From contig JAWOFX010000087.1 of the NCBI GenBank assembly GCA_046497275.1, positions 1 through 9,961 on the forward strand: 9,961 bases of DNA. Direction: 5' to 3'. Made by a program: the position numbers and the translations under genes. Every line of letters starts with the position of its first letter. Within the stretch, counting starts at the first letter, position 1. Under the pieces are notes generated by a model. That model was not told where the DNA came from, did not search any database, and saw nothing but the letters and a program-made list of their open reading frames with translations. Below, piece by piece: positions 1 to 7,013 of the stretch. This stretch comes from Promethearchaeia archaeon (GTDB lineage Archaea > Asgardarchaeota > Lokiarchaeia > Sigyniarchaeales > SOKP01).

Positions 1-55
1 TTTCTTTTTGATACCATTCTAAAAGGGCGCTTAATTTTTTTCTATCAACCGTCAT
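1..55 (-). CDS. 5' end of a gene running off the left edge (MTVDRKKLSALLEWYQKE...); possibly a HhH-GPD DNA glycosylase (MutY/MIG-like)
   Basis: Manual translation: ATG at 55-53 with an in-frame TGA four codons upstream, and an open frame to base 1. LLEWY followed by charged residues resembles the N-terminal LLxWY motif of MutY/MIG glycosylases. Only 18 codons are visible, so the product is a guess. Confidence 0.4.
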   Translation of the reverse strand, partial: MTVDRKKLSALLEWYQKE

Positions 56-443
56 ATTCGAATCTCATTTAGTTATACTTACTTATATGATTAAACCAAA
101 TTTATAAAATAAAAATTTATTTATCTCCCTTCAAACTTTAGTTCTCTTATATGAGTGAACATTTTTATTCCTTATTTTTGTATATTTTATAGCAAGACCT
201 AATTTTAAAATGAGATAATATTGTTTATAATAACAATTCAATTTTTTATAATTTTCCCATATTTATTCTTTAAATCCTGATCCAAATCAATAATATTGAT
301 TTTCATTTTTACAACTATTCCTTATTGATTAATAAAATAACAAAAATTAAGATAAAATAAAAAATATAAAATTAATTAAGTTTCAGCGATTATAAAAATC
401 ACAAATAATTTTCTCTGTTGATTGAACATTGAATATATAACAT

Positions 444-549
444 GCAGAGATCGCCAAGCCTGGTCAAAACATAAAGCCCGGTGGCTAACGGCGCCAGACT
501 GAGGTTCTGGTCTCATAGGAGTACGGGAGTTCGAATCTCCCTCTCTGCA
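444..549 (+). tRNA. tRNA-Leu(GAG), intron-containing; exons 444-467 and 489-549; CCA not encoded
   Basis: Acceptor stem GCAGAGA(444-450)/TCTCTGC(542-548), discriminator A549. D-stem GCC(453-455)/GGC(490-492). Anticodon arm CCAGA-CTGAGGT-TCTGG (494-510), anticodon GAG at 501-503. Class II variable arm CTC-ATAG-GAG. T-arm GGGAG-TTCGAAT-CTCCC (525-541). Confidence 0.97.
468..488 (+). other. Non-canonical 21-nt tRNA intron at position 21/22 with hBHBh' motif
   Basis: Removing AACATAAAGCCCGGTGGCTAA restores a normal archaeal Leu D-arm (GCCAAGCCTGGTCAA|CGGC). Central helix GGTC(462-465):GGCT(483-486), with two G-U pairs. 3-nt bulges AA|A (466-468) and AA|C (487-489). Flanking pairs CT(460-461):GG(490-491) and AC(469-470):GT(481-482). 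Confidence 0.85.
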
Positions 550-692
550 TTCATCTAATCTCGTAAAACATGAATTATATTTACTTAACCATAACAGATT
601 CTTAATTAAATTAATTATCTCAGAAATATAAAAATCTTAATTAATTTTACTTAAAGCATTTGAGATATCAATCTATTGCATTAATAAGAGAT

Positions 693-3600
693 TTAAAAGA
701 AATCTGATAATTTTTGTTGTTTAATTCTTGGATTATTTGTGAGGCTTGTAACATATTCTTCGATTAGTTCCATGCGCTGGTATGTATAGTCATCAAGCCT
801 AAAATCCTTGCATAATTTTAACGCTCGAGGAATGTACTTTTCAATCCCTCCACGATTCACCGTTAGAATTACATTTCCTCCGCATTTTGAACACTTACCA
901 GAATTCGACAAGGGTGGTCTACGATACTTTGTATTACATTTTACACATCTAAATTCTTGTAAAGCAAATTTTCTTAAATTTCCCAAGATATCGGGATTAA
1001 AATGACTTGATAATATCTTTTTTGCAACTTCTTTTGCTTCAACAGATTTTATAATTTTTGCTAAATGGAGTTGAGCTTCGATCTTTTCATCCATGGATTC
1101 ATGCAATTTATAGGCTGTCATGGTGGGCCCCGCGTTAATATCATCCGTGGGAATATTGTATCCAATCTTTTCATATTGTTCTTCTTTTCCTAAACGATCT
1201 TTTACTATTTCCATTATCTTTTCTATTTCATTTGGAGATGCAAATCTTTCTGTTGCTTCATAGAATTCTATAGGGTATTGAAAAAGAGTATCAACATTCT
1301 GTGCTTCTGTATCTATCTCTTTAGGATCTAATAAAGTTCCAATTACTAAAGTAGCATCCATTCTCCCTCCGATTTTACTAGGAAGATAATGTCGAGAAAA
1401 GTTGAGTAATGGATCTAAAAGTAGCATAACGCTATCCTCATCACCATCACAGTTACGCCTTTTGGCAGCATGCCAGAAAGGGTGGGCATAGATTGAGCGA
1501 GCATGACTAAATCCAATGATTCTTCCTATAATCCCCGCACTTGTATGTGGCGCTAACCCAACAACAAGATGACCTATAAGATCTTGTTTAGATTTGATGT
1601 TATAATATCGGGACATATGATAAAATAGATTTAATTCATCATCTAAGAAATGTGCCACTTTAACAAGATAATCAGCACTATCATTCGATAAGATGACATC
1701 TTGAACTTTTAGTTCAACAATTTGATCTAACGATTGCAGGGGTTTTCCTTCACAATCATGTGTATATCCTAAACTTTTAAGTTTTTGAAGAGAAATCTCG
1801 ATTTCTCTAGGTTTAAAATGAGTAAGTGGTATATCAGTGGCATCATATCTAATTTCTGCTGTTTTATATACCAAAACTCCATTTTTAGCTCGTAAAATTC
1901 CTTTTTCTATTGGCTCTGGTACTTTATAACGATTGGTTAGACCAAAAATTCCTTTCATCTTTTCGGGAAGAGGTAAATTTAGTGAATCAGTTACTTTTCG
2001 CACATATTTTTTTATATTAAAAAGTGCCTCTTCAGAATAAGTCAATCTGCTTTGACATTGAGGACAAAGATCATAACTTGTTGGAGAGAGCTTTCTACAA
2101 TTAGGATTAGTACAAATTTTCTGGAGTTCGGTGTGTGAATTACAATTGGGACATTTATTAAATATAGTTATTTTCCCACAATTTGGACATTGTTTCCGAC
2201 ATACATCAATTTTAACTTTTCTTAACTCTATTGCTTTCTCTATTAACCTAGAATTCCCCACTTTATCACTAAGGGGAAAAAGAGTATGGATACCTTTCAT
2301 ACTTTTACGTTCTGATTTTTCAGGACGTCCCATTCTTGAACCCATATAGTAAGGTGCTTTATTTTTGACTTTGATCCCACTAAGCTTGTGAAAATAAGAA
2401 TAAATATTATCATAATCGTTAGAATCAATCTTATTAATGTCTTTTAAATTGAAAATTTCTTCATACACAAAATCCATTGCTTTACTGAAATATATTTTAT
2501 CATCTTTAACTTTATGAACTATAAAGGCTTTTTCCAATATTTTTTTGATATTCTTCTCATTTTTTAACTGGATTTTTCCATCCGTTTTGGAATATGCTTT
2601 TCTCATAGCTCCGTGTAACTTTTTAAGCTCATTTGGAGAGATGTTGCCCCAAAAGTCTGTATAAGCAGGATGTAAAGGAATTTCAAATCTTTTAGAAATT
2701 TCGATGGCTTGTGTTGCCTTAGGAATATTAGAGAATGGATCATCTACGTATAATTTTAAGTCTGGATCGTCTAATTTATTCTTTTCAATTTCATTTTTTA
2801 ATTCTAACGCCCACCACTCCTCAACATAACCAGAGGGAAGTAAATTATGATTATTTTCAGCAAATTCACCATATCCAAATAAAATATCACCAAGAAATAA
2901 AATCTTTTTCAACTCTGGAAAAATCTTTTCAGCAAGTTCCATTGTTTTTACTTTTACCACATCTCCATTCTTTAATTTTACTATTGGAGGTTCTATGGAG
3001 GAAACGGGACAAATACTTGTACTTTTTCCTGGTCTTTCAATTCTCAACTGAGTTCCAATTGCAATGAATTTATCTAATAAAACCATTGTTGCGGGATGTA
3101 ATCCTCCAGCTGCTAATCCAGTATTCCGTGACCTTCCATATCGTATTCTATGTCCTCCTATTCTTGAAGGATAACTGAAAACTGGTCTCCCAGCAATGAT
3201 ATCTGCTATATATTTTGAATTTGGAGATAAAATCTCTTCTTTTATTTCATCTCCATCTGTTTCTTCCCTTTCTTCTTTACTCGAGTCGCCATGAGCTATT
3301 TTTTCTAAGTCTTCTAACCAATCCCATCCTTCTAATTCCATATTATTAGCTCTCTTCAAGAGTTTGGGCGCTTTTAATAGAATTCCATCATTTAAAACTA
3401 AACATGCGCCTCCACGAATATTATTTGTCTCAACCCGAGGCAGATCTCTGAATCTAGATACTTCTTCATCTTCCGTGGCATCCCCATTTATTTCAATGGG
3501 AATATGCGCTACAGCAAATCTAATTTCATCATTAGAAGAAGGATATTGCAAATGCACTCTTCTATCATAAAGTTTTATTTCTTCTACATATCTTCCAGCC

Positions 3601-4139
3601 TCTCCATCCGTTGCTTCATATTTTGGAATGCCTGATTTTTTTCTCACAAAATCAGCAATAAGTACACATAATCCTTGTGTGGTTCCACCTGCAGCTCGTA
3701 TTGGTCCCGCAAAATATAAAGAAAGATATTTTTTCCCTTGATAATCATTTCGAATTGTTATTTTAGAAATTCCTTCAAGCGGTGCACTGACTACTCCCAT
3801 CGTTTGAATTGCTAATCCTACTCTAATTGCCCTGTCAACACGTTCATTTAAATCCTCGATATTCCCAATTTTTCTATCTAAAATATCAGAGACTACCTGA
3901 AATGCAATTTGATCGTCACTTTTTCCTTTCGATTTTAAATCTCTAATAATTTCGGCAACTCCTCTTGGCCCAACTAATTTTTCTACTCTTCCTGCTAAAT
4001 CTTTCGCTTGAGGGGATTCAATGAATTCTTCTGGATCAAAACCTAATTCTCTTGCTTTTTTGGCAATATCATAACATTCATCCACTCTTTTTTGAATATT
4101 TTCCGTATATTGTGCCATCTCCTTGCTCATCCTAACCAA
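693..4139 (-). CDS. polC: DNA polymerase II (PolD) large subunit DP2
   Basis: 1148 aa. DP2 hallmarks: YFAGPIRAAGGT, GRPVF, RYGRSRNTG, RMGRPEK, catalytic YDATD (about 1832-1846) and HAAKRRNCDGDED (NCDGDED at 1434-1454). Cys-rich Zn modules CPNC..CPNC..CTNPNC..CPQC and CVKC..CSKC. C-terminal PIP box QQKLSDFF (696-719). Start is either TTG 4139 (GAGGA 9 nt upstream) or ATG 4130. Confidence 0.98.
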   Translation of the reverse strand: MVRMSKEMAQYTENIQKRVDECYDIAKKARELGFDPEEFIESPQAKDLAGRVEKLVGPRGVAEIIRDLKSKGKSDDQIAFQVVSDILDRKIGNIEDLNERVDRAIRVGLAIQTMGVVSAPLEGISKITIRNDYQGKKYLSLYFAGPIRAAGGTTQGLCVLIADFVRKKSGIPKYEATDGEAGRYVEEIKLYDRRVHLQYPSSNDEIRFAVAHIPIEINGDATEDEEVSRFRDLPRVETNNIRGGACLVLNDGILLKAPKLLKRANNMELEGWDWLEDLEKIAHGDSSKEEREETDGDEIKEEILSPNSKYIADIIAGRPVFSYPSRIGGHRIRYGRSRNTGLAAGGLHPATMVLLDKFIAIGTQLRIERPGKSTSICPVSSIEPPIVKLKNGDVVKVKTMELAEKIFPELKKILFLGDILFGYGEFAENNHNLLPSGYVEEWWALELKNEIEKNKLDDPDLKLYVDDPFSNIPKATQAIEISKRFEIPLHPAYTDFWGNISPNELKKLHGAMRKAYSKTDGKIQLKNEKNIKKILEKAFIVHKVKDDKIYFSKAMDFVYEEIFNLKDINKIDSNDYDNIYSYFHKLSGIKVKNKAPYYMGSRMGRPEKSERKSMKGIHTLFPLSDKVGNSRLIEKAIELRKVKIDVCRKQCPNCGKITIFNKCPNCNSHTELQKICTNPNCRKLSPTSYDLCPQCQSRLTYSEEALFNIKKYVRKVTDSLNLPLPEKMKGIFGLTNRYKVPEPIEKGILRAKNGVLVYKTAEIRYDATDIPLTHFKPREIEISLQKLKSLGYTHDCEGKPLQSLDQIVELKVQDVILSNDSADYLVKVAHFLDDELNLFYHMSRYYNIKSKQDLIGHLVVGLAPHTSAGIIGRIIGFSHARSIYAHPFWHAAKRRNCDGDEDSVMLLLDPLLNFSRHYLPSKIGGRMDATLVIGTLLDPKEIDTEAQNVDTLFQYPIEFYEATERFASPNEIEKIMEIVKDRLGKEEQYEKIGYNIPTDDINAGPTMTAYKLHESMDEKIEAQLHLAKIIKSVEAKEVAKKILSSHFNPDILGNLRKFALQEFRCVKCNTKYRRPPLSNSGKCSKCGGNVILTVNRGGIEKYIPRALKLCKDFRLDDYTYQRMELIEEYVTSLTNNPRIKQQKLSDFF

Positions 4140-4148
4140 TACTATCAG

Positions 4149-4186
4149 TCCTCTTTAATTATTAAAACTGTCCTAATTTTTTTATA
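4149..4186 (-). promoter_or_regulatory. Putative TATA box (TATAAAAA, 4186-4179) and Shine-Dalgarno (GAGGA, 4153-4149) of DP2
   Basis: Sequence match, with spacing consistent with an archaeal promoter (start site near 4155) and a short leader. The background is very AT-rich, so the TATA call is weak. Confidence 0.4.
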
Positions 4187-4394
4187 TGATTTTATAAAAT
4201 GAAATCGAAATTAAACTCTAATTATTAACATATTATTTTCCAAATTATTTCATGGGGGATTGCTGAGTTTTTGATTTATAATATTAATTCTTCGCCCTCT
4301 TCTTATTTATAGAAGAAGATATTTTTTCTTTAATAAATAAAATTAAAACTTTTAGTTCAACAAAATAATTATTAATTTTTATTGGAATAAACTG

Positions 4395-6248
4395 ATGATA
4401 AAAGAAACTTCGGAAAAGAGAAGAATTTTAATTAAAAAACTCTTAAACGCGGGTATAAATGTCACTCCAAATGTATTAAATTTCATAATGTCAACTAATA
4501 ATCCATCAGCAAGTTTAGATTTGATTATTAAGGAAACAAGCTTTATTCCAACATTCAATAGTCATTTAACTATAGAATTTTTGGAAAAAATTTCTAATGA
4601 AGAAATAAAAAAAGCATTAAGGAGAGCCATTAGAAAAAATATTGTTAAAGAATCTAAAAAACTGGATCATATAGAAAAGAAAAATAAAAATCAAAATGGA
4701 AAAAACTTAAAAGAAGAAAATAAAAAGGAGAACTCTTCAAAGAATCAAAAATCATTTAGTAAACCAGGTGAAAATGTAAAGCAATCTATAAATCCAACAA
4801 ATATCACATCATCTTCTATGAATATTGATGCTAATAAAATATCATCAACATTAAGAATAGAAAAACAATCAAAGCAAGAATCTGATAGTAAAAAATCTGA
4901 AAAAAAAGATATAATTTCCAATAAAATCAAAAAAATGAGTCCCGCTCTCTCTGATTTTAACTTTAAACCAGTAGCAAAAGAATATGATTTCGATTATAAT
5001 ATAAAAATGGATCCAACAGGAAAACTTTTTACCTCTGGTGAGTATGAGGATTTCTATAATCTCAACATTGATAAATTTAATCAATTATATAAACTCATGC
5101 GTAAAAGACCAGAAACGCAGTCTACTATAAACATTAGTAATATTTTAAAATTCTCCGAAAAGTTAGAAGTATCTACAATTGGTTTAGTAAACGAATATCG
5201 AAAAACAAAAAATGGTCATTATTTTATTGTTTTAGAAGATTTGACTGGTATAATAAATGTTTTAGTACGGAAAGACTCTGAATTTAAAGATGTAATTAAT
5301 ACGGCCAAGACTATTATTAATGATCAAATGCTATATGTTCAAGGTGAATATAGTCCCGGAAAACAAGGAAACGAGGGAATTATATTTGCATCCGTTATTT
5401 CAAAAATAGATATTCCAACGGGTTTAAAGCCAAGTCTTTCTCCTGATCCTCTCTCTATTATGTTAATCTCGGATACCCATATAGGTAGTAGAGAGTTTGA
5501 AGAGAAGTTATGGGAAAGAATGATTGCTTTTTTGAATGGTAATCTTGGTAATAAGAATCTGAGAGAAACTGCGGGTAAAGTTAAATATATTATTATTAAT
5601 GGAGATTTGGTTGATGGTATTGGTGTGTACCCAAATCAACAAGAAGATTTGATCATAGGAGATATTTATAAGCAATATGAAAAGGCTGCTTCATTAATTT
5701 CTAAAATACCAAATTATATTAAAATTTTTTATAGCAGCGGTAATCATGAGCCTGTTAGAAATGCAATTCCTCGTCCAGGAGTTCCAAAGAAATACTGCCA
5801 AACACTGATTGATATTGGAGTTAAAATCGTGGGAAATCCTTGTATAATTGAAACAAATAGTGTTGAAACTCTCGTATTTCATGGGGATAGTTTGCTTGAT
5901 TTAAATTTATTAATCCCAGGATTGAAAAATGAAAAACCCGTGGATTCTATGAAAGAATTATTAAAATGTAGACATCTCGCACCAGCATATGGAAATAAAA
6001 CGCAAATTGCTCCCATAGAAAATGATTGGCTTGTGATTAAAGAAATTCCTCAAATTTTTCATACTGGACACTTACATATAAATGGTTTAGGAAGTTATAG
6101 GAATGTTCAATTAGTAAATTCAGGTTGTTTTCAAACGCAAACGGATTATATGAAGAGTTTCGGAATTACGCCTACACCTGGCAGGATTCCCCTTTTTGAA
6201 TTAAATTCCTTAAATAGTTTTGAGTTAGATTTAAACAAACTTTCATGA
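4395..6248 (+). CDS. polB: DNA polymerase II (PolD) small subunit DP1, 3'-5' proofreading exonuclease
   Basis: 617 aa. Helical N-terminal domain, K/E/N/S-rich linker, OB fold (GLVNEYRKTKNGH..LEDLTG), and all calcineurin-like phosphoesterase motifs: SDTHIG, GDLVDG, GNHE, HGD, GHLH, and NSGCFQ.QT.Y near the C-terminus. Sits next to DP2. Confidence 0.97.
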   Translation: MIKETSEKRRILIKKLLNAGINVTPNVLNFIMSTNNPSASLDLIIKETSFIPTFNSHLTIEFLEKISNEEIKKALRRAIRKNIVKESKKLDHIEKKNKNQNGKNLKEENKKENSSKNQKSFSKPGENVKQSINPTNITSSSMNIDANKISSTLRIEKQSKQESDSKKSEKKDIISNKIKKMSPALSDFNFKPVAKEYDFDYNIKMDPTGKLFTSGEYEDFYNLNIDKFNQLYKLMRKRPETQSTINISNILKFSEKLEVSTIGLVNEYRKTKNGHYFIVLEDLTGIINVLVRKDSEFKDVINTAKTIINDQMLYVQGEYSPGKQGNEGIIFASVISKIDIPTGLKPSLSPDPLSIMLISDTHIGSREFEEKLWERMIAFLNGNLGNKNLRETAGKVKYIIINGDLVDGIGVYPNQQEDLIIGDIYKQYEKAASLISKIPNYIKIFYSSGNHEPVRNAIPRPGVPKKYCQTLIDIGVKIVGNPCIIETNSVETLVFHGDSLLDLNLLIPGLKNEKPVDSMKELLKCRHLAPAYGNKTQIAPIENDWLVIKEIPQIFHTGHLHINGLGSYRNVQLVNSGCFQTQTDYMKSFGITPTPGRIPLFELNSLNSFELDLNKLS

Positions 6249-6326
6249 GCAGAAGAACTTATATTAAATTTACTATAATTTTACTTGAAAGACTTTATTA
6301 GAATTAAATAAAATTTTGAAGATTTT

Positions 6327-7013
6327 ATGAATTTGTTCAACATACCGCAAAAAGATCCTACTGAGTTTTTGCTTTACATATGGAAAATAATAGATCTTCC
6401 CCAAATATCAGAAAAAAGTTTAATTTATCATATTTCCTTTGATTTACTATTAATCTCACCAAAAAAAGCCTATCAATTAATTCAGAAAAGTATTGATAAT
6501 AAATTATTGAAGAAGAATTCAAACAATTCTCTCTCTCTTTCGGAAACCTTAGAGAAAAAATTATTAAATTGGCAAAAAAGAAGAAAACAGAAAACAGAAA
6601 AATATGAAAGAGATTTAACTCAGCAAAAATCGAATCTTAGAGATTTTAAAACTAACATCAAATCAGATTTCAATGTTTTATTGAAAGCTTTTTTAGATAA
6701 AGGGACATTAAATCGAGCAGTGGCTGTTTCTGATGAATCTTTTAATATTATAAGATTAGAACAAGAATATGGGTTAATTGAAGCAGAAGTTGAAGGGTCA
6801 AAAGAAGACTCCTATAAAATTAAGATTAATTCTAAGAAAAAGTTATTAACTCATAATTGTCATGATTTTATAGAGAGAAGATCAATTGATAAAAAATTCT
6901 GCAAACATTTAGTCAAATTATTTCTATTATTAAAAGAAGAAAATGAGAACTTCGCTTTAGAACTTCTTAACAATATCGCAAGTTCTATTAACGAATGGGA
7001 ATTTACACATTAA
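6327..7013 (+). CDS. SWIM zinc-finger protein with DUF2240-like helical N-terminal region
   Basis: 228 aa. C-terminal H176-x-C178-x13-C192-x-H194 preceded by the typical pre-SWIM strand pattern (IEAEVEGS...YKIKI). The N-terminal ISFDLLLISPKKAYQLIQKSIDNKLL resembles the SFD..SP..A..L.....LL pattern I recall for archaeal DUF2240. Charged helical linker in between. Confidence 0.7.
   Translation: MNLFNIPQKDPTEFLLYIWKIIDLPQISEKSLIYHISFDLLLISPKKAYQLIQKSIDNKLLKKNSNNSLSLSETLEKKLLNWQKRRKQKTEKYERDLTQQKSNLRDFKTNIKSDFNVLLKAFLDKGTLNRAVAVSDESFNIIRLEQEYGLIEAEVEGSKEDSYKIKINSKKKLLTHNCHDFIERRSIDKKFCKHLVKLFLLLKEENENFALELLNNIASSINEWEFTH

Noticed and set aside
57-66. TTCGAATCTC identical to the tRNA T-arm (530-539), a possible att site
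   Set aside because: Only 10 bp, upstream of the tRNA, no integrase, and no room for cargo. Chance is the likely explanation.
56-443. Long spacer as a possible ncRNA, CRISPR array or origin
   Set aside because: No GC-rich stems, no repeat-spacer pattern and no ORB match. It most likely holds divergent promoters.
372-644. Repeated TTAATTAA palindromes (372, 602, 637) around the tRNA
   Set aside because: Expected in extremely AT-rich spacers, with no regular spacing.
600-692. T-rich terminator candidates downstream of DP2
   Set aside because: T runs are too frequent here to call a specific site.
1428-1475. Usual DP2 intein insertion site (HAAKRRN/CDGDED)
   Set aside because: The motif is continuous and the protein length is normal. 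DP2, DP1 and Cdc6 all look intein-free.
808-3570. Small plus-strand ORFs at 808, 2131, 2735 and 3364
   Set aside because: They are antisense shadows of the highly conserved DP2 and carry no motifs.
4189-4316. Palindrome ATTTTATAAAAT (4189-4200) and dyad TCTTCT-N7-AGAAGA (4298-4316)
   Set aside because: Short and low in complexity, so they cannot be separated from background without comparative data.
4745-5882. Small minus-strand ORFs at 4745, 4869 and 5694
   Set aside because: They are antisense to DP1, and their F/I/L-rich composition mirrors the A-rich sense strand.
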